64,000 bases of DNA from an uncultured Actinomycetota bacterium (lineage in GTDB: Bacteria > Actinomycetota > Actinomycetes > Propionibacteriales > Nocardioidaceae). A program made the translations under genes and the position numbers. The number at the start of each line of letters is the position of its first letter. Within the stretch, counting starts at the first letter, position 1. The notes below the pieces were generated by a model that was not told the DNA's origin, did no database searches, and was given only the letters and a program-made list of their open reading frames with translations. Below are positions 40,559 to 50,508 of this stretch, piece after piece. The stretch covers positions 25,000 to 88,999 of the forward strand of contig CAVRTX010000004.1 in the NCBI GenBank assembly GCA_963724225.1, read 5' to 3'.

Positions 40559-40593
40559 GGCGGGGACTCGGAGGCGGGGCTCGGGCCCGGCGC

Positions 40594-41319
40594 TCAGGCG
40601 TCGAGCCCGAGCACGCCCATCCGCTCGGCGTGCCGCTCGGTGATCCGGGCGAACATCCGGCCGATCGCGGCCAGGTCCAGCGCCGGCCGGTCCACGCCCC
40701 CGGCCAGCAGCGCGGACAGCGCGTCCCGCTCGGCGGCCACCCGCTGCGCCTGGGTGAGCGCCTCGCCCATCAGCCGGCGTCCCCACAGGGCCAGCCTGCC
40801 ACCGAGCCGCGGGTCCTCGGCGATCGCCGACTTCACCCGGTCGACCACGAAGGCCGACTGGCCGGCGTCCTCCAGCGAGGAGACGATCAGGTCACGGGTC
40901 CGGGTGTCGAGGTAGGCCGCGATCTCGCGGTAGAAGTCGGCCGCCATCCCGTCGCCCACGTACGCCTTGATCAGGCCCTCCCACCAGTCGGCTGGGGCGG
41001 TGTGCTCGTGGAACAGGTCCAGCGCGCTGCGGAACGGCGCCATCGCCGCCGAGGGGTCCTCACCCAGCTCGGTGATCCGGTCGCGCAGCTGGACCAGGTG
41101 GCCGAGCTCGACGCAGGCCATCTGGCTGATCGCGATCTTGTCCTCGAGGCTCGGGGCGAGCCGGGCGTCGGCCGCGAGCCGGTCGAAGGCGGTCAGCTCG
41201 CCGTACGCGATCGCCCCCAGCAGGTCGACCACCGCGCGGCGGTAGTCATCGTCCTCGAAGGCGGCCGACTCGCCGGCGGGCGCGCCGGTGGCAGGCTGGT
41301 TCCCCGGGGATTCAGTCAT
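40594..41319 (-). CDS. Ferritin-like fold protein (Rv3210c/MiaE-like)
   Basis: LLGAIAYGELTAFDRLA, KAYVGDG, LWGRRLMGEAL. Confidence 0.87.
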   Translation of the reverse strand: MTESPGNQPATGAPAGESAAFEDDDYRRAVVDLLGAIAYGELTAFDRLAADARLAPSLEDKIAISQMACVELGHLVQLRDRITELGEDPSAAMAPFRSALDLFHEHTAPADWWEGLIKAYVGDGMAADFYREIAAYLDTRTRDLIVSSLEDAGQSAFVVDRVKSAIAEDPRLGGRLALWGRRLMGEALTQAQRVAAERDALSALLAGGVDRPALDLAAIGRMFARITERHAERMGVLGLDA

Positions 41320-41469
41320 GCTCGCAGCGTAGCGATAGGCTGGCACCACGGAGCGCCACCTCGTACGGCGCCCGACCCCGCCTGACGGCGGGATCCGCAT
41401 GTGCGCGGCTGGGTGAGTCGATTCAGCCGCTGGCTGGACGAACAGCTCTCACCGAAAGCGAACAGAACA

Positions 41470-42930
41470 CTGACTACCTTCCGTGACCTCGGGGTGCTCC
41501 CCGAGATTTGTGACCCGCTCGAGCGCGCCGGCATCACGACGCCCTTCGCCATCCAGGAGATGACCCTCCAGATCGCGCTGCTGGGCACCGACCTGATCGG
41601 CCAGGCCCGCACCGGCACCGGCAAGACGCTGGCGTTCGGCATCCCCGTGCTGCAGCGCTCGGTCGCCCCCAAGGACCCCGACTACTCCGAGCTGCCGCAG
41701 GGCAAGCCGCAGGCGCTGATCGTGGCGCCGACGCGCGAGCTGGCGCTGCAGGTCTCCGGCGACCTCGCCCTGGCCGGCCAGGACCGCGGCCTGCGGGTCC
41801 TCACCATCTACGGCGGCGTCGGCTACGAGCCGCAGCTCGAGGCGCTCGCCACCGGCGTCGACGTGGTCGTCGGGACGCCCGGCCGGCTGCTCGACCTGGC
41901 CAACCGCCGCGCCCTCGACCTCTCCCACGTCCACGCGCTGGTCCTCGACGAGGCCGACGAGATGCTCGACCTCGGCTTCCTGCCCGACGTGGTCAACCTG
42001 ATCAGCAAGACGCCGGAGACCCGGCAGACGATGCTGTTCTCGGCGACCATGCCCGCGGCGATCGTCTCGCTGGCCCGGGTCCACATGCGCCACCCGATGA
42101 ACATCCGCGCCGAGTCGTCGTACGAGAACGCCACCGTGCCGGCGACCGCGCAGTTCATCTACCAGGCCCACGACCTCGACAAGCCCGAGATCATCGGCCG
42201 GATCCTGCAGGCCGAGGGCGCCGACAAGATGATCGTGTTCACCCGCACCAAGCGGCAGTCGCAGCGGATCGCCGAGGACCTCGCCGAGCGCGGCTTCCGG
42301 GCCTCCCCGCTGCACGGCGACATGGCGCAGGTCGCACGCGAGAAGGCGATGGGCCGGTTCCGCGAGGACAAGATCCAGGTCCTGGTCTGCACCGACGTCG
42401 CGGCCCGCGGCATCGACGTGCGCGGGGTCTCCCACGTCGTCAACTACACCTGCCCCGAGGACGACAAGACCTACATCCACCGGATCGGCCGCACCGGCCG
42501 CGCCGGCGCCTCCGGCATCGCGATCACCTTCGTCGACTGGGCCGACCTCCACCGCTGGAAGATGATCAACAAGGCGCTGGACCTGCCCTTCGACGAGCCG
42601 CAGGAGACGTACTCCACCTCGGAGCACCTGTTCCACGACCAGGGGATCGCGCCCGGCACCAAGGGCCGGGTCGTCGACCCGGCCCCGCCCGCCCCGCGCG
42701 CGGAGCGCCCCGAGCGGTCCTCCTCGGACCGGCCGGCGCGCAACCGCAACCGCAACCGCAACCGGACCCGCTCCGGCAAGCCGGTCGCGGGCGAGGCCTC
42801 GGACGGCTCCGGCTCGGCGTCGGGCGAGAACGCGTCCGGTGAGGCCTCCGGCGAGCGCTCGTCCTCCGGCGGCGGGCGCAACCGTCGCCGGCGCCGCGGC
42901 GGCCGTCCGTCGGGCTCCGCCTCCAGCTGA
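41470..42930 (+). CDS. DEAD-box RNA helicase (RhlE/Rv3211-like)
   Basis: Q motif FAIQ, TGTGKT, PTRELA, DEAD, SAT, HRIGRTGRAG. Start uncertain (CTG at 41470 or GTG upstream). Confidence 0.93.
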   Translation: MTTFRDLGVLPEICDPLERAGITTPFAIQEMTLQIALLGTDLIGQARTGTGKTLAFGIPVLQRSVAPKDPDYSELPQGKPQALIVAPTRELALQVSGDLALAGQDRGLRVLTIYGGVGYEPQLEALATGVDVVVGTPGRLLDLANRRALDLSHVHALVLDEADEMLDLGFLPDVVNLISKTPETRQTMLFSATMPAAIVSLARVHMRHPMNIRAESSYENATVPATAQFIYQAHDLDKPEIIGRILQAEGADKMIVFTRTKRQSQRIAEDLAERGFRASPLHGDMAQVAREKAMGRFREDKIQVLVCTDVAARGIDVRGVSHVVNYTCPEDDKTYIHRIGRTGRAGASGIAITFVDWADLHRWKMINKALDLPFDEPQETYSTSEHLFHDQGIAPGTKGRVVDPAPPAPRAERPERSSSDRPARNRNRNRNRTRSGKPVAGEASDGSGSASGENASGEASGERSSSGGGRNRRRRRGGRPSGSASS

Positions 42931-42959
42931 GCCCGGTCACCACCGATACCCTCTCCGCC

Positions 42960-44015
42960 ATGAGTCCCCGGCCGCTGTACGTGCACGTCGGCGCCAGCAA
43001 GACCGGGACCTCGGCACTGCAGCGGGGCCTGTTCGGGTCGGCCGAGGAGCTGGCCCGGCAGGACATCGGCCTGCCGCTGACCAGCCGCTACGAGCACGTC
43101 GAGCTGGCGCTGCGCCCGCTCGGCTGGGCCACCGCGTCGGGCTTCGTCGACCCGGTGCGCCCGGAACTGCTGGACCGGCTCCGGGAGCGGCTGCAGCGGG
43201 TCCGGGGCGAGCGGGCGCTGCTCACCTGCGAGGACCTCTGCGAGGCCGACCCCGGACGGATCGGCGTGCTGCAGGACCTGTTCGCCGACGCCGGCTTCGC
43301 GCCGCGCGTCGTGATCACGCTGCGGGGACTGGCCTCGACCATCCCCTCGGAGTGGCAGCAGTTCCTCAAGCACCGCATCACCCTCGACTACGCCACCTTC
43401 CTGGAGCGGGTACGCGACCGGAAGGGCCCGTGGGCGCGCCACTTCTGGACCCGCCAGGACGCCGTGGCCATGTGCGAGCGCTGGAGCGCGGTCGTGGGCG
43501 CCGACCAGGTCGACGTCGTCGTGACCCCGCCCCGCAGTCGCGACCCCGAGGGCCTCTACCGGATGTTCGGGGCGGTCGTGGGCTTCGACCCCGCGGCGAT
43601 GCAGTGGCCCGAGAGCGATGTCAACGCCTCCTGGGGGATGGTCGAGGCCGAGGTCTACCGCCGGCTGAACGAGGTCCTGGGCGACCGGCTGCCGCGCTAC
43701 GAGCAGGCGTACCAGCCCGCCGTCCGGTGGCCGCTGATCCGGGGCGCGCTGCCCCGCGGCGCCAGCGCCCGGATCCCGCTGCCTCCCGAGCACCTGCCCT
43801 GGGTGGTCGAGACGGCCGAGGAGCAGGCGCGGTGGCTGCGCGAGAGCGGCATCCGGGTCCACGGCGAGCCCGCGGACCTGGTCCCCGACCCCGACGCGGC
43901 GGCGCCGCTGCCCGAGGTCGACGAGGCCGAGGTGGCCGCGGCCGCCGTCGCCACGCTGGCCAACTTCGCGGTCCACACCCACCGGCAGCGGCGGCGTACG
44001 ACCGGCGGGGCCTGA
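42960..44015 (+). CDS. Sulfotransferase-fold protein, paralog 1
   Basis: YVHVGASKTGTS PSB-like loop, PSEWQQ, NASWG. Confidence 0.75.
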   Translation: MSPRPLYVHVGASKTGTSALQRGLFGSAEELARQDIGLPLTSRYEHVELALRPLGWATASGFVDPVRPELLDRLRERLQRVRGERALLTCEDLCEADPGRIGVLQDLFADAGFAPRVVITLRGLASTIPSEWQQFLKHRITLDYATFLERVRDRKGPWARHFWTRQDAVAMCERWSAVVGADQVDVVVTPPRSRDPEGLYRMFGAVVGFDPAAMQWPESDVNASWGMVEAEVYRRLNEVLGDRLPRYEQAYQPAVRWPLIRGALPRGASARIPLPPEHLPWVVETAEEQARWLRESGIRVHGEPADLVPDPDAAAPLPEVDEAEVAAAAVATLANFAVHTHRQRRRTTGGA

Positions 44016-44059
44016 GGCCTCTCGTACGGGCCCGTGGGCAACACCCTGCGTCCGTCACC

Positions 44060-44102
44060 GAGGTTGAGGTGTGAGGAGCCTCAGCGACGAGCCTCGAAAC
44101 CC
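44060..44102. repeat. REP-like element
   Basis: GAGGTTGAGGTGTGAGGAGCC...GAGCCTCGAAACC. Confidence 0.7.
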
Positions 44103-44167
44103 GGCGACAGGGGCACCCGCGGCGAGCGGGACGTCGTACGCCCCCGTGGTCATCGCCCTGCGCCACG

Positions 44168-44288
44168 TCACCGCCCCAGCGCGCTCCTCGCTCAGACGAC
44201 GACCCTGATGGTCGCTTCGCGGTCGCGCGCAGCCTCACCGCCCCGGCCAGCCTCACCGCCCCAGCGCGCTCCTCGCTCAGACGACGAC
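44168..44288. repeat. 36-bp direct repeat duplicating the L,D-transpeptidase stop region
   Basis: TCACCGCCCCAGCGCGCTCCTCGCTCAGACGACGAC at 44168-44203 and 44253-44288. Confidence 0.8.
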
Positions 44289-44960
44289 GACCGTCGTGCC
44301 GAGCTGCGCGAACTCCCACATCGCCCTCGCGTCGACCGGGCGCTGGCGGATGCAGCCGTGGGAGGTGGGCGTGCCGAGCTCGTCGACGGTCTGGACCCGC
44401 TCGCCGTCGCTGACCGGGATGTCGTGGAACCCGATCGCCGCCCCGGAGTCGCCCTGGGTGAACCGGACGAACCAGCGCATCGTGCCGGAGTCGTCGATGC
44501 CCACGGCGTTGGAGGAGCGCGAGTAGACGGAGTACGTGCCCGGGTCGAGGTTGTCGGAGAGGCTGCCCGAGACCAGGTAGGTCCGGAGCACCTGGTCGTC
44601 GGCGGAGACCAGCCACACCCGCTGCCGCTCCTCGCTGAACACGGCACGGCGGCCGGTGCCGGAGTCGGCCGGGAGCAGCTCGGAGGCCACCACCCGCTCG
44701 CCGGGCGTGGAGGCCGGGCTGTCGACGTCGGGCTGGCCGGACGCCGCTGCCTGCTCCCGACCGCGCGGGGCGGCGGGCTCCTCACGGGTGGGGGCCGAGC
44801 TCGTCGTGATCGTCCCGTCGGTCGCAGGCGGCTCCTCGGCGGCCGAGGGCAGCACGCCGGTGCCGCCGAGCACCGCGATCGCGGTCACGCTCACCGACGA
44901 CAGTGCTGCCCCGATCCGCCCGTAGCGCGGGCGTACGGTCGCGCGACGACGTCCGGACAT
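44277..44960 (-). CDS. L,D-transpeptidase (YkuD) family protein
   Basis: N-terminal TM segment; IGFHDIP...SHGCIR. Confidence 0.9.
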   Translation of the reverse strand: MSGRRRATVRPRYGRIGAALSSVSVTAIAVLGGTGVLPSAAEEPPATDGTITTSSAPTREEPAAPRGREQAAASGQPDVDSPASTPGERVVASELLPADSGTGRRAVFSEERQRVWLVSADDQVLRTYLVSGSLSDNLDPGTYSVYSRSSNAVGIDDSGTMRWFVRFTQGDSGAAIGFHDIPVSDGERVQTVDELGTPTSHGCIRQRPVDARAMWEFAQLGTTVVVV

Positions 44961-44965
44961 GGCGG

Positions 44966-45742
44966 TCAGTCCTTCCCTGCGCGGGCGATCAGGTTCGCCG
45001 CCACCTCGCGGTAGGCCTTGGCGCCCTTGCTGCTGCGGCTGGTCTTCAGGATCGAGCGTCCCGCCGCCGGCGCCTCGGCGAACTTGATCGTCTTCGGGAT
45101 CGGCGGCTCGATGACGTCGAGCTCGTAGGTCTCCGAGATGGTGTCGAGCACCGCCCGGGCGTGGTTGGTCCGGCCGTCGTAGAGCGTCGGCAGCACGCCC
45201 CACACGACCAGCCCGCGGTTGGTGAACCGGCGTACGTCGTGGACGGTGTCGAGCAGCTGGCCGACGCCGCGGTGCGAGAGCGTCTCGCACTGCAGCGGCA
45301 CCAGCACCCCCTCGGCGGCGGTGAGCGCCGCGACCGTCAGCACCCCGAGCGAGGGCGGGCAGTCGAGCAGCACCCAGTCGTAGTGGACGTCCTCGTCCTC
45401 GAACAGCTCCAGGGCGGCCTTGACGACGTGCTCGCGGCCGGTCCGGGTCAGCAGGTCGGACTCGGCCCGGGCGAGCTCGATCGTCGCCGGCAGCAGGTCG
45501 ACACCGTCGTCGGTCTCGATGACCACCTCGACGGGCGAGAGCCCCGCGGTCAGCACCTGGTGGACCGACAGCTCGAGGTCCTCGGGGTCGATGCCGAGCG
45601 AGAACGTCAGGCAGGCCTGCGGATCCAGGTCGACCAGCAGCACCCGCTGGCCCTGCTCGGCCAGTGCGGCGCCGATGGAGGCGACCGAGGTCGTCTTGGC
45701 GACGCCACCCTTCTGGTTGGCGACGGCGAGGGTCGTGGTCAT
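44966..45742 (-). CDS. ParA/Soj-family ATPase (orphan, Rv3213c-like)
   Basis: NQKGGVAKTT, DLDPQ, DCPPSLG, PLQCE. Confidence 0.93.
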   Translation of the reverse strand: MTTTLAVANQKGGVAKTTSVASIGAALAEQGQRVLLVDLDPQACLTFSLGIDPEDLELSVHQVLTAGLSPVEVVIETDDGVDLLPATIELARAESDLLTRTGREHVVKAALELFEDEDVHYDWVLLDCPPSLGVLTVAALTAAEGVLVPLQCETLSHRGVGQLLDTVHDVRRFTNRGLVVWGVLPTLYDGRTNHARAVLDTISETYELDVIEPPIPKTIKFAEAPAAGRSILKTSRSSKGAKAYREVAANLIARAGKD

Positions 45743-45804
45743 GGTGGTGCCCATCATGCCCGAGGAGGTTGCCCCATTTGCGGCGACACCGGTTCGATGG
45801 GCTC

Positions 45805-46587
45805 GTGATCCCGACGACACCTTCCGCGGCCCCTGCTCCCCCGACGGCGCTGGTCACCGGCGCCACCGCCGGGATCGGTCACGAGTTCGCCCGGCAGCTC
45901 GCCGGCCGCGGCCACGACCTGGTGCTGGTCGCGCGGGACCGGGCCCGGCTGGACCAGGTCGCCGCCGAGCTGCGGGCGCTCGGGCGTGACGTGGAGGTGC
46001 TGTCCGCCGACCTCGCGGACCGCGACCAGCTGGCCACCGTGGAGGCCCGGCTGGCCGACGCCTCGCGCCCGGTCGACCTGCTGGTCAACAACGCCGGGTT
46101 CGGCCTCAAGGGCCGGTTCCTCGACAACGACGTCGACGACGAGGAGCGGATGCTCGACGTCCTCGTCGCCGCCCCGATGCGGCTCTCCCACGCCGCGCTC
46201 CGCGGCCAGGTCGCCCGCGGGCGAGGCGGGGTCATCAACGTCTCCAGCGTGGCCTCCTTCCTCCCCCGGGGCACGTACGGCGCCGCCAAGGGGTGGCTCA
46301 ACCGGTTCGGCAGCTGGGCGGCCGCCGAGTACGGCCCGCGCGGCGTCACCGTCATGACGCTGTGCCCCGGGTTCGTGAGGACCGAGTTCCACGAGCGGAT
46401 GGGCGTCCGCCCCGGCAGCGGCTTCCTGTGGCTCGACGCCGGCTTCCTGGTCCGTACGGCGCTCGAGGACTACGACCGCGGCCGGGTGTTCTCGGTCCCG
46501 GGCGCCCAGTACAAGGCGATCCGCGCACTGGCGTCCGTGGTGCCGGCCGGCGTGATGCAGCGGTTCCAGACGATGGGGCGCCGGTGA
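45805..46587 (+). CDS. Short-chain dehydrogenase/reductase
   Basis: TGATAGIG, NNAGFG, YGAAK. Confidence 0.92.
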   Translation: MIPTTPSAAPAPPTALVTGATAGIGHEFARQLAGRGHDLVLVARDRARLDQVAAELRALGRDVEVLSADLADRDQLATVEARLADASRPVDLLVNNAGFGLKGRFLDNDVDDEERMLDVLVAAPMRLSHAALRGQVARGRGGVINVSSVASFLPRGTYGAAKGWLNRFGSWAAAEYGPRGVTVMTLCPGFVRTEFHERMGVRPGSGFLWLDAGFLVRTALEDYDRGRVFSVPGAQYKAIRALASVVPAGVMQRFQTMGRR

Positions 46588-46590
46588 GGC

Positions 46591-47208
46591 TCAGCCCTCG
46601 CCCGCGATGAAGGCCCGCACCGAGTCGGCCACCAGCTGCACCGCGATCGCCGACAGCAGCAGGCCCGCGATCCGGGTCACCAGCAGCACGCCCGACTCGC
46701 GGATCAGCCGCAGGATCGGCAGCGAGTAGCGCATCGCCAGCCACAGGCTGACGTGGACCAGGACCACCCCGAGCGACACCGCCACGAAGTCGGCGACGTC
46801 GTCGACGGACTCCACGAAGAGCATCACCGCGACGATGGCGCCCGGGCCGGCCAGCAGCGGCGTGCCGAGCGGCACCAGCGCGACGTTGGTGCCGGCGGAC
46901 GCGGTGGGCTCCTTCTCGTTGTCGGTCAGCAGCTCCAGCGCCACCAGGAGCAGCAGCAGGCCCCCGGCGCCCTGCAGCGCGGGGAGCGAGATGTGGAGGT
47001 AGCCCAGGATCTGCTGCCCGAAGAACGCGAACAGGCTGATCACCAGGAACGACACCGCGACGGCCTGCCACGCGGCACGACGTGCGCTCGCGGCGGACCG
47101 GCCGCCGGTCAGCGACAGGAAGATCGGCACCGTCCCGACGGGGTCCATGATCACGAACAGCGTCACGAACACCTCGATCAGCAGCACGGTGTTCACCAGC
47201 TCGCTCAC
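46591..47208 (-). CDS. MarC family membrane protein
   Basis: LFVIMDPVG, VPLGTPLLAGPGAI, RIAGLLLSAIAVQ. Confidence 0.92.
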   Translation of the reverse strand: MSELVNTVLLIEVFVTLFVIMDPVGTVPIFLSLTGGRSAASARRAAWQAVAVSFLVISLFAFFGQQILGYLHISLPALQGAGGLLLLLVALELLTDNEKEPTASAGTNVALVPLGTPLLAGPGAIVAVMLFVESVDDVADFVAVSLGVVLVHVSLWLAMRYSLPILRLIRESGVLLVTRIAGLLLSAIAVQLVADSVRAFIAGEG

Positions 47209-47218
47209 GGGCCGCAGC

Positions 47219-48078
47219 CTATTGCTTCTCCCTGGATCCTCCGTCTTCGTGAGCGTCGCTCTGCGAGCGGGGCATGGGCCGTGGACCCACCGGGCTGAGC
47301 GGCGTGCCGTCGATGATCGAGCTGAACCAGCCGAACTGCGTCTCGGGAGCGTCTCCGTCGAGGTCAGGTGCGCCACGTCCGTACCGAGATCGTCACCGTT
47401 GATCGTGCGCAGCTCCGCGCTCACCCGGGTTCCCGCAGAGGTGTTCGGCACGCTGGCGTGCAGGTGGGCTCCCGAGAAGCAGAGGAGGTCGCCGGGCTCG
47501 ATCACGACCCTGAGCTCGGAGTCGGTGCCGGGTGGCGTGGTCGGTGTGGGGACCATCGGTAGGTCCCCGAGGGGCAAGCCGGCCCGCCTGCGCTCACGGA
47601 TCGCGGCGAGGTCCCACTCGGCGCTCGTGTTGGCGAGCGGCTTCGACCAGTACTCCGGATAGAACGCGATCGTGCACTCGTCGGTGAGGGGGCGCAGCGG
47701 CAGCCACCAGTTGGTCTGGGCGAGCAGGTTCGAGCCCCACGTGTCCCGGTGGAAGGCGACGGTCCCGACGTCGCGCTCGGTGGCCGGCGGGACGATGCGC
47801 AGCCGGGGCGGGTCCCAGTAGGTGCGCGCAGGTTCCACTCCCACCTGTTCCAGGGCGACCCGGATGAGCCTGGTGACGCGCTGGTCCTGTCGGAAGTGTT
47901 CCTTCAACCGGTTGATGTCGACCTCCCGCGGGGGGTCCGGGATCAGCTCGTGGCCCAGCGCCGCCAGCTCGACGAGCGCGGGCACGCTCGTGAACACGAG
48001 CAGGTGACCTCCGAAGACCAGCGCACCGCGCTGCTCGTCGTCGAGCGGCCCGGACAGGACCTGGACCGCGGTGCTCAC
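47219..48078 (-). CDS. Putative 2OG-Fe(II)/PhyH-like dioxygenase, frameshifted at ~47382
   Basis: HRD...H facial triad (FHRDTW...GDLLCFSGAHLHAS...R). The shifted frame gives GRGAPDLDG...WF and TAG at 47219. Confidence 0.65.
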
Positions 48079-48283
48079 CGGAGCTCCGCGGCGTGTTCCT
48101 CCACGGCTGCATGCATGCGCCGATCATGCCCGAAGCTCACGCTCCTGCCGTCGAGCGTGTGGCGGACCGCGATCAGCCGACCTCGGCGGACGACCGCAGA
48201 GCGCCGGGGCGATGAGTTCGCCCCCACGACGAGGTCTTCTTCCGCAGGCCGTCACCAGGGCCGGCACCGGAGGAGGGGACGAC

Positions 48284-48694
48284 ATGAGCGACCACCATCG
48301 CGATCCGCGCGTCGACGCCTGGATCGAGGCGCTGCCGGACTGGCAGCGGGAGATCTGCCGCGAGGTCCGCGAGCTCGTGCACGCAGCCGACCCCGAGGTG
48401 CAGGAGACCATCAAGCGGACCACCCAGCCGTACTTCGTGCTGGAGGGGAACGTCTGCGCGTTCCTCGCCGCGAAGGACCACGTCAACGTGTTCCTGTACG
48501 ACGGCGGCATCGTGCCCGATCCCGAGGGGATCATCACGGGCGGCCACGACAACACGACCGCACGGACCGTCGCGGTGCACCGGGGCGGGGTGGTGCCGGC
48601 GCGGCCGTTGCAGGCCATGTTCGAGCAGATCGTCGCCGACAACCGGGCAGGTGGCTGGCGGAGGATCAAGGCCCGCCGGGCCGCCGGTGGCTGA
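48284..48694 (+). CDS. DUF1801 (YdhG-like) protein
   Basis: DPRVDAWIEALPDWQREIC...VQETIK. GGAGG RBS. Confidence 0.85.
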   Translation: MSDHHRDPRVDAWIEALPDWQREICREVRELVHAADPEVQETIKRTTQPYFVLEGNVCAFLAAKDHVNVFLYDGGIVPDPEGIITGGHDNTTARTVAVHRGGVVPARPLQAMFEQIVADNRAGGWRRIKARRAAGG

Positions 48695-48704
48695 GCTCCG
48701 GGAG

Positions 48705-49346
48705 CTACCAGGTCGGTCCGGGGCCGACGAACGGCATCTCCACCATCAGCGGGCCGCCGCCGGAGACGTCGCGCAGGATCCAGTCGTCGCGCATCAGCAG
48801 CACCGCCGACGCCGGTCGCAGCACGACCCACAGCCAGCGACCGGCGGCCTCGCCCGCGAGCACCGAGCGGTCCAGCTCGCCGGCGCCGGAGACGCCGCTC
48901 GTGGAGACCGTCCAGAGCGACGAGGGGAGGCTCCCGATCCGCACCCGCACCACCGGCTGCTGGTCCCCCATCTCGTGGCCGGGATCGCGGCCGGGCAGCC
49001 CGGCGCACCGGGCGCCGAGCCCCACGCCGGGCTCCTCGGCCACCAGCAGCACGTCGACCGGACCGTCGAGCTCGCTGCTGCCGGACACGCAGGTGAGCGT
49101 GGCGAGCGGGACGCCCGCTGCCTGGGTCACCACCCCGAAGTCGGAGACCGCCCAGCCGGGCGCCATCGGCCACGGGAGGTAGGTCGGGAAGTCGCGCGCT
49201 GCGGCCAGGTGCTCGACGAACGCGTCGTACGACGCCTCGACCGCCCGCCACAGCAGCGGGCCGGAGCCGTGGCCGACGCAGTCGGGCCCGGCGGGTCCGT
49301 CGACGGGCTCACGGCACCGGGGGCAGCCCGGCGTCAGGCGTTCCAT
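48705..49346 (-). CDS. Conserved actinobacterial protein (DUF6758-like)
   Basis: CPRC...C..HG N-terminus, PWPM, AEEPGVGLGAR, AGEAAGRWLW. Confidence 0.75.
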   Translation of the reverse strand: MERLTPGCPRCREPVDGPAGPDCVGHGSGPLLWRAVEASYDAFVEHLAAARDFPTYLPWPMAPGWAVSDFGVVTQAAGVPLATLTCVSGSSELDGPVDVLLVAEEPGVGLGARCAGLPGRDPGHEMGDQQPVVRVRIGSLPSSLWTVSTSGVSGAGELDRSVLAGEAAGRWLWVVLRPASAVLLMRDDWILRDVSGGGPLMVEMPFVGPGPTW

Positions 49347-49894
49347 CGCAGCACCACAGGTTGGTCCCGCTCGTAGCCGAGCACCGAGACGGTCGCGGTG
49401 TCGAGCCGGAGCAGTCGTCCCTCCGACACCGGCAGCCCGATCCAGCGCGCCGCGAGGGCCCGCAGCGCGTGGCCGTGGCCGAAGACCAGTCCGGTGGGCT
49501 GCGCCCGCAGCCGGTCCACCACGCGGTCGAGCCGCGCCGTGACGTCGGCGGCGTCCTCGCCGCCGGGCGTCGGGTGCGTCCACACCGACCACCCGGGCAC
49601 GGTCTCCCGGATCTCGGCTGTCGTGACGCCCTCGTAGTCGCCGTAGTCCCACTCCACGAGGTCCTCGTCGACGGTGGCCGCCGGGTGGCCGGCCAGGGCG
49701 GCGGTGTCGCGGGCGCGCCGTCGCGGGCTCGTGAGCACGAGGTCGAAGGAGCGTCCGAGGCGCGGCGCCAGCCCCCGCGCGACGGCCTCGCCGTCGGCGG
49801 TGAGCTCCAGCTCGGTCGTCGAGGTGTGCTTGTGGTCGCGGCTCCACTCGGTCTCGCCGTGCCGCACCAGCCACACCTCGACGTCCACGCTCAT
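49334..49894 (-). CDS. Histidine phosphatase (Gpm2-like)
   Basis: LVRHGETEWS, EWDYGDYEG, FGHGH. Confidence 0.92.
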   Translation of the reverse strand: MSVDVEVWLVRHGETEWSRDHKHTSTTELELTADGEAVARGLAPRLGRSFDLVLTSPRRRARDTAALAGHPAATVDEDLVEWDYGDYEGVTTAEIRETVPGWSVWTHPTPGGEDAADVTARLDRVVDRLRAQPTGLVFGHGHALRALAARWIGLPVSEGRLLRLDTATVSVLGYERDQPVVLRWNA

Positions 49895-50424
49895 CCTCCC
49901 TGCGGGCCCGGCCAGTTCTTGTCGGGCCGCGGCACGGGTCGGCCCGGCTGCTCGCCGCCGCGCGCCTCGAGGTAGCTGTCCTTCGGCACCATCACCTTGC
50001 GCCGGAAGACGCACACGACCGTGCCGTCCTGGTTGTAGCCGATCGTCTCGACGTGGACCACTCCGCGGTCGTCCTTGCTCCGGGACTCCCACTTGTCGAG
50101 GACGGTCGTCTCGCCGTAGAGCGTGTCGCCGTGGAAGGTCGGCGCCACGTGGCGCAGCGACTCGATCTCGAGGTTGGCGATCGCCTTGCCGGAGATGTCG
50201 GGCACCGACATGCCGAGCAGGATCGAGTAGACGTAGTTGCCGACCACGACGTTCTTGCCGAACTGGGTGGTCTCCCCGGCGTAGTGCGCGTCGAGGTGGA
50301 GCGGGTGGTGGTTCATGGTGAGCAGGCAGAACAGGTGGTCGTCGTACTCGGTGACCGTCTTGCCCGGCCAGTGCTTGTACGTCGCCCCGACCTCGAACTC
50401 CTCGTAGCTGCGCCCGAACTGCAT
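49891..50424 (-). CDS. MaoC-family dehydratase (mesaconyl-CoA hydratase-like)
   Basis: GRSYEEFEVG, NHHPLHLD, PTFHGDTL. Confidence 0.88.
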   Translation of the reverse strand: MQFGRSYEEFEVGATYKHWPGKTVTEYDDHLFCLLTMNHHPLHLDAHYAGETTQFGKNVVVGNYVYSILLGMSVPDISGKAIANLEIESLRHVAPTFHGDTLYGETTVLDKWESRSKDDRGVVHVETIGYNQDGTVVCVFRRKVMVPKDSYLEARGGEQPGRPVPRPDKNWPGPQGG

Positions 50425-50508
50425 GCCGGTCATCCTGCCCGAGTCAGCGGCCGGCCGACACCGGGGTCCGCGTGGGGTTGCTCACTGCGCAGTGAATCCA
50501 GAGGGGGC

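Noticed and set aside
42739-42762. (CGCAAC)4 microsatellite in the helicase, and the NAPP x3 repeat at the fdrA start (32674-32710)
   Set aside because: In-frame low-complexity tails; unit lengths are multiples of three, so they do not imply phase variation.
44966-45742. ParA as a sign of a plasmid or integrated element
   Set aside because: No parB, rep or integrase; this orphan ParA is part of the conserved actinobacterial gene order near the DEAD-box helicase.
46591-48078. Novel dioxygenase-MarC fusion protein
   Set aside because: Better explained by a 1-nt deletion; the alternative frame gives a natural C-terminus and a stop just before the marC start.
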